Shown: piece after piece, positions 34,249 to 46,437 of the stretch
How the letters are laid out: every line of letters starts with the position of its first letter
Position numbering within the stretch: the first letter of the stretch is position 1
From: Pelomyxa schiedti
Taxonomy: Eukaryota > Protista > Evosea
Length of the DNA stretch: 64,000 nt
Assembly: GCA_020536535.1 (NCBI GenBank)
Contig: JAHLWZ010000113.1
Location: 62,001-126,000, forward strand
Direction: 5' to 3'
Program-made: the position numbers and the translations under genes
The notes under the pieces: generated by a model
What the model was told of the DNA's origin: nothing
The model's input: the letters and a program-made list of their open reading frames with translations, nothing else
Database searches by the model: none

Positions 34249-34538
34249 TTGATAGTATCACTGCAGCCTTTGGAGTCGTGATCTCAATAAGTCAGTGCAG
34301 AGTCCCGATTCTGATCGGTGGAGAGCACTCAACCCCGAGCAAAATTGTGGTCCTCAGTGCTCCTCTGAGGTGGAGGGTTTGATTCTTCTTGATTGCCTGG
34401 AAAACAAAACTACAAAAAGAAAAAACGCCGCTGTTTAAACGTTTATCAACTACTCTCGTTGATGGTTGGTGTGTCTGCTTTTTTTTTTTTTTTTGTTTCC
34501 CTCCACACCCTGCCCAACGCCATAACCAACGACCCACA

Positions 34539-35303
34539 ATGCACCCTCCTCCTCCCTCAGACCTCGAAATCCTGGGCGACATCGGTTCGGGCATCGCGTC
34601 GGCGGCCATGAGCGCGGGCCGCTCCACCTACGTCGAGACCACGATCCCCGCGTCGGCGCTCACGCGGCGCGGCAACCTGCGCCCGGGGTACTACAACCGC
34701 CTCTTCTACGGCGCGGTCGCCGAGCACGTGGAGTCGCCCGCCGACGCGCTGGTGATGCCCGCGGTGAGCTTCACCAAGGGCCCCTGCGCCGCCTGCTGCA
34801 TGTGCGGCGACTGCTGCGCCGTGTGCCAGCCCGGCTGCGGCACCGGCGACTGCTGCAACTGCGAGACCGAGGACGGCTGCGCCGGCAAATTCTGCTGCAT
34901 GTGCGGGGGAACCAAGTTGGTCAGGCACAGGAAGGACAAGGACGAGGACGCGGGCGGGGGCGGGGGCGGCAAGGGGGGCTCTGGCTTCGAGTCGGGTCCA
35001 ACGTGTGTGACGATGACGGCGGTGTCTACTACTACTACTACAACAACCACCACCACGACGACGACGAGCAGTCCCACGGCAAGTTCTGCGGATTCGGTGG
35101 ACCCACCTCCGGGTGGTAAAGAGGGGAATCAGGAGTACGAGGAGGAGAAGGAGGAGGGGTGCAATGCTTGCTTTCTGTTGTTCTCACTGGTGCAGGGGTG
35201 TTGCTTGTGTGAGAGGTGTGAGTGCATCACAAACAAGAATGATTGCTCTGGTTGTAACTGCCAAGGTTGCTCTGGGACCTCTTGTGAAAATACATGGCTG
35301 TAG
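34539..35303 (+). CDS. Cysteine-rich hypothetical protein
   Basis: Intronless GC-rich ORF from ATG 34539 with two Cys clusters (CAACCMCGDCCAVC..; GCCLCERCEC..CSGCNCQGC) separated by Gly and Thr tracts. Confidence 0.65.
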   Translation: MHPPPPSDLEILGDIGSGIASAAMSAGRSTYVETTIPASALTRRGNLRPGYYNRLFYGAVAEHVESPADALVMPAVSFTKGPCAACCMCGDCCAVCQPGCGTGDCCNCETEDGCAGKFCCMCGGTKLVRHRKDKDEDAGGGGGGKGGSGFESGPTCVTMTAVSTTTTTTTTTTTTTSSPTASSADSVDPPPGGKEGNQEYEEEKEEGCNACFLLFSLVQGCCLCERCECITNKNDCSGCNCQGCSGTSCENTWL

Positions 35304-35689
35304 CCTGCTTACTGTTGCCAAACTTTTTGGCGTGTGTGATAAACACTCAAAATAAAACAAGCCCAATGTGGCGTGTCTTCATTTCTGGTAACTAGTTCTC
35401 ATTGCTGATTCTCTGAGGGTAAAGTTAGACCAAACTTCAAGGAGATCACTGGGATATGTGATTGTCAAGTGCCAACTGGGAATCTTATTCCCTGTGTACA
35501 GGTGATGAATGATGGCGAGTGAACCAATTTTTCCAGCCTTGATTTCAGTGGAATAACCGCCACTCAATAAGACAAAGAAAGAAAAAAAAAAACAAAAAAA
35601 CCCTCCAACGATCACGTGCGGCGAGCGACACGATTTTTTTTTTGGTTGTCCCTTAAGGGCAGAGGCGAATACTAAGGGACAAAACAAAA

Positions 35690-38600
35690 ATGGATTTGAT
35701 GCTGGGATGTTGTGATGAGAACTCTGGATCGGACTGTGATGGTTGTGATTCAATGCCATGTTGCATCTTGGAAAAAGGGTTGGTGATTGCATTGGTCTGC
35801 CTTTCGCTCCTAACAAAAGCCCTTTGTGAAGGTGTTCCTGTGTGAAGTTTACACCACTTATCTATGTGAGCAAGGCTAGCAACTGGATGGGCGTCCATGT
35901 CCTATGGCCGCTTTTTGTTTATGCATCCACGGTAATTCTATTTTATTAGTTCTTTCTGGGGTTTTGGCTTCTCTTTTTTTTTTTGTTTTTTTTTTTTTTG
36001 GGAAAACTTCTCATTGACGTGAACAGGGCGCTCAAGCGTTGTGTGTTTTCTTGGGTTGCTTGTTCAACTACTATAAAGATGATGACTATTGGTGCTGCCA
36101 GTTTTCATTCTTGTGGTGGCACTTCAACCATGATCGAAATGAGACTTCTACAGTATCCTTGTTCCCCCCATTTTGTAGAGAAAATCGGGATGGAAGACGC
36201 AGAATTTTTATATTAGTGCCACCCATATATTGGAGGAGTGGTTTGGACATTTATTGTGAGCCTTCTCTCTGTATTATTAGACGTAACTTTACCCAGTTTT
36301 GCAAATCGTTCCACTGTTCGGTGTTATCATCAACCACATAAATGACTCTATTGACTTCAACATACTTTGTTACCTGTTTCGAGTTAAAACCTCAGAGAAG
36401 TCTACAGTGGTAATAGTGCTCTCACCCAACTTTATTGCTGAAAGCAATTTGTACTTTCCCTCGACAGGTCTGGCTTCTTCCCTTTTTCACTTTCTGGTCG
36501 AAGTCAGGTGACTTCTGGGAGTTTTCTATGTTCTGCTATCTCATTCGGTTTCGTAAGTATGACGACCATGGATTCTTATTTACTGTATTACCATTTGTCT
36601 GGATACACTCCAGAGTATGCTCCACTAGATTTCTTACTCTGCTAACTCTGCATTCCTACAGCTCGCCAATGGAGACAAGAAATTTACAATGACGCTGCTT
36701 CCTATACTCACATTTCACTCTACTGATGATAATTACGTTTTTGTGTCTGCGTTATATTGGCAGTATGCTCACGGGGTTGGCTCTCCAGCTCTCACGTAAT
36801 GCCTGTAGATTCCATGGTTCAAGGGGAACAAACCACTTTATTGTACCACTCCTATTGTACTGGCACAACTATGGAGAATCAAAATTTTTCTTCTGTCCAT
36901 TTTGGCTATGGTTTGTGAGATTCTTTTCTCTTTCTCCCACCCCTAAACTCTGCATTCAGGCGTAAGGGTGAGGATTATGTATATCACTACATGCTCCCTC
37001 TTCCTCTTTTTGTCTACCATCGGACTGGACACAGTAAGATGATCCACGTTTTACCACTATTCTCCTGGAGAAAACCCGTTGGCGACTCTGTCGGTTGGTT
37101 CACATTTCTATTTCTGTTTTGGTATTTAAAGCAGGGCAAAGTAATACATTTGTAATTGCTTTCAATCTCAAATCTTGAAAGAGATCATGGCTGCTGCTTT
37201 TTATATTCTATTACCATGCAGTACGGAGTCACGAAATATTGAACCGCGCAGTGTTATTCTTAATTTTATTGAAATATGACTGGCGAGGACATATTGTTGG
37301 CTTTCACTTCCTGTGGCCCCTTATACACGTTGAGTGGGGAGATGATGTATGCACCTTAGTTTCTGTGAAAGTTCCTTATTGTGGTATAACCTGGAATAAT
37401 TAGGGGAACTCTGTGAGAGTCATGCCACTCTATTGGCACAGGAAAACAAGTTATACTTTCTGTCAAGTACTATTCCCCTTGTATGTACTCACAAGTCTCC
37501 TTTTGTCCAACTCAACCCGAATTAAGTTACGTGAATTATCGACATCTCAAAAAAGGAGACGGTAATATCAACTCGCCACCCTTTTTTCCAAAATGGAACC
37601 TTTTTTAAACAATAATTCATCTTCACACCACAACTCCAAAAAACCGAAGTTAACTCACGTACTTAGCAAGATTTGATCATTGGCTTCTAATATTTCCACT
37701 TGCTCTACTACAGTAACAACTCTTCTTTCATGCCTTTTACTAATAAAAAAAAAAAAACAAAATAGTGAACAACAGAACAGTACTTGGTGCTATGGAAGTC
37801 CTGGGTTGGTGATTCCACCATACGTATGGGTGTGGAGACAGAAAGAATCAGAGTCATCACAAACATTTATCATTCCACTTTTTACCAGGTGGTGCTTTGG
37901 CGGGAATAAGGAGACGTCTTTCCTTTGGCCTCTGGTGTGCCATTATCCAACCCCTTCAAGTTACAATTAATGAGAACCAAGTTCCGTTTTTGGAGCAGTG
38001 AAGAAAAAATTGGTTGCCATATACTACTATTCTGGTATTGCCGAAACAAACTCAACGATGAGACTGTTATTACACTCTACCCCTTTTTCTGGGCAACCAA
38101 GACTAAAGAAGCAACATACCTGGGCGTGCTACTGATCTTCCCTTATCCATTTTATGAGTCACGCTTTGCATTTTTCCGGTACTTCCCATTTTATGTTAAA
38201 GTGTGGAGAAAAGGATTCCATAAGCCTAATACAAGTAGTTTTCATAGCACTGGTAAAGATACCATTGTACACCTTTGGCCTTTTTTTTATATTTTGCGCG
38301 CTGAAGACATGAGCACAACTTCCTTTTTCTGGATTTTTGCTGATGCAGCACTGATATATAAAGGCCACTTAAGAGATACACATTGGTTTTATATAGCCTT
38401 CTTGGTGTGGTTGGGATACAGTGACGATGGTTCGTTAATACTACTTGGCTACAACTGAACCCTTACAGGTTCCTTCAAACGACTTTCTATCCTATGGTTC
38501 GGAAACTCAAGGTCCCGAATAATTTCCTACACAAAGGAGAGTTTTTGGATGGCTCTTGTTTTTTGGTGGGGTTTTGGTGACGAAATCAAGTTCAGTATTT

Positions 38601-39543
38601 TATGGGTACACATTCCATTCCTCATTTCTTAACTCATCCACGTTAGGTTACAACACCTATAACGGCTATGATACGTTATCACCAAGGCGAGGTGTTCCAC
38701 TTGTTCCCAATTTTCTGGATAAGGCAAAAGGAGTACGGAAATTCTTTTGGGTTTCTCTGGATCGGTCACTACAGACTTAGCCTCGCAGGTAAGCGTGACA
38801 AAAAACAGAAAGTTTCATAACCAAACAAAAAAAGGGCGTTTCAAGTCTAGCTCTTCCACCTACCACATGTTTCTGCCTCTATGGTACCATTACAAAAATG
38901 GAGACACAACACTGACACTCCTGCTGTTTGGTGCAGTTGCAAAATACCACGAGACCAATTCGTGGGTTTTTCCCGACTGAATTTAAAATTACTAACGCAC
39001 GAATGTTCTGATTGAACAGTATTTATGTAATTGGATATGGCATTCTCGTAGCCTACGCTACATCCGATACGTTCACATTGGTCTGTGCCGGTGGTGCCAT
39101 CTTCATATACAGGACCACATCTGATTACACTCTATTTACAATGGTTGCATGTGCCCTGTGGTGGAAAATCAAAGACGGTATCTATGACTTTAGAGTTATC
39201 TGGAGAGTAATGAGGTTTGCTGAATCCTCGCACCCATTCTGAAGAACCTAACCTCCGACCTAATACAGATTCACGTGCGGTGGCAAAGTCTGCCGTTTCG
39301 AAATTCACCCGTTCATCTACGTAGCTTCCGGTACTGACACTGAGGTGTATCTGTTCCTATGGGGCTGGGGACGTGTTAAGGTTTCTATTTTGGGATTAAA
39401 ACAAACTCAAGACAAATATAAACAACACAACAACCTACGAATATGACCCTCACACCACACAGAGAGATGGCGACAACTGGGTTCACCTCGGTTGGTTGTG
39501 CTGCTTCACTACAGACTGTGACAAATGCTGGTACCTCGACTAG
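35690..39543 (+). CDS. Large multi-exon protein built of aromatic-rich [hydrophobic]-W/F-P-[L/F]-[F/W/Y] hairpin repeats
   Basis: Spliced segments HVLWPLFVY, VSLFPPFC, LVPPIYWR, TVLPFVW, FIVPLLLYW, HFLWPLIHVEW, RVMPLYWH, SFLWPL, TLYPFFW, HLWPFFY, MFLPLWYHY. Cys-rich termini. Stop TAG at 39541-39543. Confidence 0.7.
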
Positions 39544-39622
39544 AGACCCCACCTTTTTCCTTCCTGTAAAAAGAAGCGAGTCGAAAAAAAAAAAAACCAA
39601 AAAAAACAAGCTTGTTTATGGG

Positions 39623-41018
39623 ATGTCGTCCACACCCAGTGCCCCAAGCCAGTTAATACCTCAACAAGGCGGCAAGCACGCAGGGAAAAAAAGGAGGAGG
39701 AGGCAGCGAGATGGTGGAGCCACGGCGAGCGCTGCACCCAGCAACAACAGCGGCAGCAGCGCCGACAAGAAGGGTGGCCTGCGTACCGACGGCCTTGGCC
39801 ACGCCATAAAGAACACCGCCTACGACGGCACCTTCTTCACCACCACGTCCAAGCGCCGCCGCGACTCGGCCGCCAAAGCCAAGCCCAACACCCCCGCCAA
39901 CAGCTGCAGCCGCGCCGAAGCCCCAGCGACATCCTGCAATGGCGAAGGCAATGGAGCCGCAGCTGCCGAGGAGGGCGAGGCTGTGGAGGAGGAGGAGCGG
40001 GGGGGGACTGTGGAGGGCGGGCGGCAGCAGCAGCGGGGGCGGCAGGAGCTGCCCAAGCACAGGCTGGGGCATGCGTGTGTGTACACGAGGTTCGCGCACT
40101 CGTACCACACGGGGTTGTGCTTGCACCAGGACTACAACCACAACTTACCGAGGTATGTGCCGCTGCCCTCCCTCCACTGGCTGTGCTGCGTTTGTTGGCC
40201 CCGTTTTGGTTTTGGCATTTTCTTTGTGGTTTTGGATTGTGGGAGGTAATAATGGCGTGACTAGAGAACTTGAGAGAATTGGAGTTATTGGTGGAGAAGG
40301 CACCAACAAGATATTGCTTGAATTGGGTGCTGGAACTGGGAAGCTGAGTGGAATTATGGCTCCCAGTGTTCTTCATATTACTGCGTGTGATAAGGCCTCT
40401 CATATGTGCGGTTGGTTGCATCACAGTGATACTTGATTGCTGCTTACCTCGGCAATAGAATATTTGAGCATGGATATGGCGAGGAGAGGAATCACTAATG
40501 TATCCACTGTAGTTGCGGACAATTCCAATCTGCCCTTCTCATCGCACATAGCCGATTCCGTTGTTGCTGGCTGGTCTATCTGTGAAGATGTGTCAAAACT
40601 CTTTGGCAATGATGATGGCATCGAGGAATGTGTTCGACGCGTTGTTGGTGAGATGACTCGCTGTGCCACAGTCGGTGGAATCATTGTAATTATAGAAACT
40701 CTTGGTTGCGGCTACGAACTGCCAAGAAGAACAGGCAGCCACTACTACAAGATGCTAACAGAACGTTTTGGCTTTCAGTTCACCTGGGTTCGCACTGACT
40801 ACATGTGGGAATCCAAACAAGAAGCTCACGAGGCTGCTCTCTTCTTTTACGGGCCAAAGGTTGCCTCCATGGTAACTGAAATACACATAAACGCCCCACA
40901 ACCATCGCAGCAACCCACACCAGAGTCCACTGCCCCAACAGAACCCAAGTATGTGCTTTTGGAATGCACTGGGATATGGTGGAAAAAGATAGAAGCACAA
41001 ACACAAACAGAGGGTTAA
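39623..41018 (+). CDS. Class I SAM-dependent methyltransferase, bacterial type
   Basis: LLELGAGTGKL (motif I), ITACDKASHM, ADNSNLP..ADSVVAGWSIC, GGIIVIIETLG.G, FTWVRTDY, ECTGIWWK; two introns. Confidence 0.85.
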
Positions 41019-41282
41019 CATAGTGAAAGAACGAGACAATTACAGAGAGAACAGTGAGCTCTGTGCTGAATAACCAAAAAAAAAAAGATCTTTTTTTTCG
41101 TGTAATGACGGATTGATAAAGAAACCAACAAGTGCACAGGTACAGGCAACCTGCCTGGCAGCGGGAGTTCCCGAGAATTGTACTTAAACACAAAACAAAC
41201 GGTTTTCCTCGTTCCTCTACTAGTTTTTCTATTTTTTTCCTCCTGGCTTTCGCACCAAGAGTAATGGCTGTGGTTTGTTTGT

Positions 41283-44200
41283 TTAATGTCCACCGGCGGC
41301 AGTTGTGGCCGAGGCAGCTGCGGCTGCGTTGGCAGCTTCCTTTGCGGCTTCGATGGCAGCTTCGAGTGTTGGTGGCATGGGGGCACCGAAGAGGCCGGTG
41401 AAGGAGGCGCCACCACAGCACGGGATGACGCAGGGGTATACTGTAGGTGCTGTGGGTTCGTTGGGGAGACCAGTGAGAACGGTAATTTCTTCGCCGTTCT
41501 GGGAGAATGTTAGGAGAAAAGAAGTGGTCAAAAGAGTGGTCGGTCAACCTTGTAGAAAGTGACTGTTCCTTTGCTTGGTGTTCTGTCAACGAACACTCCA
41601 AGGCGATCTCCTTCCACGAAGCAGGCATTTGCCAATTGAGAAACTGCAACACCATTGGAAAGGAATCTGCCTATTCGCTCCCACTTCCAGCAGCCAGTCT
41701 TGTCTGCGTAGCTGTTCAGCCCAATTGGAGCTCCTTCAACAATTACGGCAATGCCGCTGGCACTGCAGCTAGCGACGTCAATCATCACTTCCCAGTAGCG
41801 CTGCACTCCAGGAGCAATTCCATAAAGCGAGATAGTACACTGAGTTTTCTTTCCTGGATTTGTGACTGTGGCTGCGTTGTTGGAGAACTCCAAGTCAAGG
41901 CCCTCCAGTGGCCTCCAGGTATCCTTGTGGTAGAGAGTAACATCTAGAAAGAGGTAAATACAAACTTCAACCGGACAGGTACACACCAATGACAGGGGGT
42001 GGTGGAGGGGGTGCAAGTTCGGGAATTTCACGGCAAGTATCGTCAGAGGGTACCGCACAGAAGTCCACGGTGAAGGAGTCGTTTGTGCAGCAAGGTGTGA
42101 TTGATGGGAAAAGGTTGTCCGATGTGGCGGGTAGCCCAGTCAGAGTCTTCAAAGCGCGACCGTTTTTGTAGAAGGTAATGGTGTGTTTGTTGGGGCGTCG
42201 ATCAACGAGGATGCACATCAAGTCACCAGTCCGGAATCTCTCATTTCCATCAATGGTGGTACCGTTCTGGAAGAACTTTCCAGTGGCTTCCATCTTCCAA
42301 CAGTTGGAAGTGTTGGCGTGGTTATTGGCCATGTCTCCTACTTTGTTCTCGTGTACGACGCCAAATCCACAAGAGTCGCAGCTTGAGTTGTGGATCGTAA
42401 TCGACCAGAATCGGGCTGTTCCATTAGGAATGGGCATCTTGGAGCACGTGGACTGAGTAGTATTGGTAGTGTTGGTGACAGTAAGATCGCCGTTAGAGAA
42501 GACGGCATTATTGCCTGACAGATGGCGCCAGCAATCGTCAGCCCATTTGCTTGTAAGGCACCTTCGGGGCTTGACAACTGTAAAAAGTATTGAGCTCATC
42601 TTTAAAGAGAAACGTTTGCGTACTTGTAGAAGCAGCCTTGGCTGCGGCCTCTTTCTCGGCGGCCTCCTGAGCGGCTACTACAGCGGGATCAATGAATGTT
42701 GCGGTTTCGAGGTTCAAAGCTCCTGGCAATTCAATGGCAGTGGGCTGTTTGGTGGAGAAATCAGCAGTGAAAATATTTCCGCGGCAGCAAGCACCAACAA
42801 ACGGGATGAGAACCTCCCCTTCAGCACTCTGTAGTCAAGTCAAAAAGGAGAAAGGAGAAGCAACAAAAACCATACAATAGTGAATTTCCTCTGGTTAGTT
42901 TCGTCGTTATTCTTGGTGATTGTAAAGAGTGTGGGTTCCTTTCTTCTATCACAGAAACAGGTCAGCACATCACCTGCACCGAATCTCTGACCAGTGTCGT
43001 TGCAGCTGCCGTTAATGTAGGCAGAACCACCTGAAGAATGCGGTTAACTAAGCTTTTTACAAGAATTGACCAAACCTGCTTGCCACTTCCAGGATCCAGT
43101 TCCGTCTCCGTGGTTACCTCTTCCGATGGAAGCGCTTGGTTTGGCAACCCCCACACCAGCGTGGCTGCAATCAACGGCTCCAACCTTAACCTTCCATGTG
43201 AAGCAACAGCCTGGGGGGATGCCGTACTCCGCGAAGGTACTTTGAGTGTTGTTCGTAGTGTTCGTCACAGTCAAATTATTGTCGGAAAATACGATATCAA
43301 GGTTAGTAAGCTGCTTCCAGAAATTCTTTGGCCACTGCTCGATCGCTTTCCCAATGCCACCGACAGCTTTAGAACCACTAGCGCTCATATTGCGTTTCAC
43401 TCCAATCATGTTGGCATGAGACACGTCTAAGCCGGTGATGGTGGTGTTGCTTAGGTCAGCTCCCATCAAGTTGCAGCCCCTCAGTATGCACTTGGTGAGA
43501 TCAGCTCCGCGGAAGGTGGCGCCAACCATGATTGCCCCTGCAGCGTTGGCCGTTGTTAAATTGGCCCCCTTAAGCTTGGCTTGAATCAAATTGGCTCCAG
43601 TCAAATTTGCACCAGTGAAATCAGCCATGGAAAGATCACACATCTCGAGATTGCATCCAGACAAATTGGCGCCAGCGAAATTCCATCCGCGCATTACTTT
43701 TCGTGAAAGATCCTGGCCAGAGAGGTCTTTCCCCTTGTTGTTATAAGGGAGGGATGCGCCTCCAGTTGTAATGGTATCCATAATTGGCCCCAATAAATCC
43801 TTGAGTGCAAGGAATCGGCAGGTTTTTTCGTGATCAGGGAGGGATGGTTTGGGACCTGTCAAACTGTCAACTCGAGAAAAAAAGCCAAGAAAACAAGGTA
43901 CCTATCCAAGGGCACAAAACCGAAGCAGCAGAACATTTGACAGGTGCCATTTTGCACCCAGAGCGTTCATGCTCTGCCATGTCCTTGGGGGCAATCTTCT
44001 CACCACATGGGCAATCTATGGGACGTCACCTCGTGAGAGTAACGCTAGGATACTAACCAATAGGACAAATTGGTACGTGCTCGCCGCTAAATTTCCCGCG
44101 TTTCACCTTTGTAGCGCACCTGGGGCAAGGAATAATGGTCTCCGGACAAACTTCATCGTGTCTGGCGAAATCTTTTGGGGCAACACGCTGACCACAACCG

Positions 44201-45051
44201 TTCACACAATCTACCAAATGTCACAGAAGGGAAATAATTGCGGGAGATTTACCAATTGGGCAAGAGTCCTTATGATCAGGAGCCAATATTACGTTTCGTT
44301 TTGCTGTCAGTCCGCAAAGCTTGCAAGAAATTTCCTGCTCAGTGCAGACGTTATCTCTGTGGATCTCGAAATCAAGCGGTGTCACCGAGACACCACAACC
44401 AAGAGGGCAAGCTAAAGCAAGTCAACGTACAACAAACGCCCGAGGGAGAAGCCAAACCTTGGGGGCAGTGATTCCAATGACGATTTAAGAGTTTCCTCTG
44501 CACTGCGGTTTTGCAAGTTGGGCAAACTACTTCAAGAGAATCGACGAGTTGCAACATTGTGAGCGCACGCACAGGCACCTTCTGATGAACCAACATCTCA
44601 GAAGAGCATTGCGGGCATTGTGAAGACTACAAAGTGAAAGCAACATTACTCTCAGGTAAGAAAAACCCCCGCAATCTCGTACCTTGCAACTGCAACTAGC
44701 ACAGAACGTGCCACCGCATTCAAGATGGGTCATGGGATCAAGGACTGGGCCCTTGCACACAATACAGAGAACCTGTGCGAGAGCGGGGTTGCTTTCCACT
44801 GGCTCCTTGTACTGAAATTCGATACCGCTGTTTGGTCGGTACAATTTCATCATCACGGGAGGTGTCTTGACGGGCTTTGCTGGTGTTGGCGCCGCCGCAG
44901 GAGTAGCACTTGTTGTTGTCGCAGTTGAGGTTGTAGCTGTTTTACGAGTGGAAATAAAGAGGAGAGAAAAAAGTTACGACACGAAGATCTCGAAGGGGGG
45001 AAAAAAAAAGGGAAGGGAGAAGAAGATCTCGGGGTGTAGAGGCGTACCCAT
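41283..45051 (-). CDS. RING + TRAF-type Zn fingers + pentapeptide repeats + three SPRY/B30.2-like domains (putative E3 ligase)
   Basis: 4-nt first exon ATGG at 45051. RING CIVCKGPVLDPMTHLECGGTFCASC; TRAF fingers (VCPTCK..HWNHCPQ, CPLGC..HRDNVC, HEKTC); A(D/N)LxG pentapeptides ~43420-43735; three SPRY-like units (FSxxxxTVTN..W.V.I..G.GV..GD.l.v.vDR..TxTFYKNG). Confidence 0.8.
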
Positions 45052-45322
45052 TTGTCACTCGAAGGTTTTATTTTTTTTTCTGGGAGGGTATCGCTCCGGG
45101 TGTTTGTTGGTTTATTTTTTTTTATGTTTGGTTTGGTTCCAAACCGTTTAAAGGAAGCAAAAAATTGTTGACAATTCTCGATTTTTTCCCCTTTGTAGAA
45201 ACTAAAAATAAAAGAAGAGAAAAATAAAAAAACGACGTTTCTGGCTCTTTAGGAGTTTTTTCTAACCTACAAAAAACACTGACATAGAAATTCCCTCTTG
45301 TTGATTGAACCTGTTGGTTCAA

Positions 45323-46193
45323 TCAATGGCGGCCCATGAATGAACTGAATAGTCCCCTTTTCTTTGTTGATTGCGAAGTGGAGGTAGTGTTGCTGGTAGT
45401 TGTAGCAGCAGCTGAAGAAGTGGTAGTAGTTGTAGAACCACTGCTGGCACTGGCGGTTGTTGTTGTAGAACTTCCGAGGGATACTTTTGACCACAGGCTC
45501 CTCACAACAGACTCAAATGCGGCAGTGACACTGGCTGGTTGTGCGGGGTCGGCATCCACTACGTTTACTCGGGTGGAATTCGCAAATGCTGTTACTTGAG
45601 CAGGGTCAACTTCGCGTGGTGTGGCCGGCCTCACATTTCCAACAACTAGCTTTTTCACATCGTCTTTGGTGTATTTGTCCGCTTCGGCTAGCCAGGTACT
45701 AAGACCTTCAAAAGTTGCTGCTCTCGTAGTATCAAAGACGAGAACAATGGCATGCACGCCACGGAAAGAACTCGTAGTGACAGTATCGACAGATTGCATT
45801 CCTTAAGTTAATTAGAAAAAGAACAGAACAAAGGAACACTAGTGTTTAGTTTTGTATGCCTATTCATGCCAAAGATAAATTATTATGTGTTATGTGAAAA
45901 TAGAAGTGGATTCGGCGTACCTGTGGTTTCGTACAACATTAATTTCACAACTTTCCCCTCGAGGTTTATGGTTTTTACATAACAACCCTCACTATTCGGC
46001 GGATTCGTGTTCCCAATGAATGACTGTATTAGTGTCGTCTTTCCAACCTAAAGTTTTTGCAAAGAAATGAGACCGACCATTACCCACAACAAAAAGGAAA
46101 CAAAAATGGGAAAAAAAAAAGTGTGGGGAATGCCTTTGGATCGCCGGCAACGAGAATTTTAAACAAGAAATCATATCCTCCCTTTTTGGCCAT
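45323..46193 (-). CDS. Rab1-like small GTPase with degenerate G3-G5 motifs and no prenylation motif
   Basis: YDFLFKILVAGDPK|VGKT (GC-AG intron 46048-46133), KTINLEGKVVKLMLYETT|G, TSSFRGVHAIVLVFD, WLAEADKY, KLVVGN. Ends KKRGLFSSFMGRH. Confidence 0.85.
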
Positions 46194-46437
46194 CGTGGTT
46201 GCTCGTATTAACACAAACAAAAAGGAAACGACACGAGCGCTCGCCTTCACCGATCTTGGGTTTTTTTTGTTTTGTTTCGAGCGTTCCCCGAATCTGCTCT
46301 TGCACTCGAAATTCTCTAAAGTTGGTGCTGGGAGTGGGGAGGTACAGTCCCTACCATGCAACACTGCAGCTTACTGTTGTTTTGGAATGGGTCCCAGATA
46401 GTAGATGTGAGAGACGAGACACATTGTGTCGACTTAA

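Noticed and set aside
35495-35570. SECIS-like or snoRNA-like element (ATGA..AA..TGAT; box C-like GTGATGA)
   Set aside because: The stem does not pair properly around a GA quartet, the upstream Cys-rich gene has no in-frame TGA, and I found no convincing box D or terminal stem.
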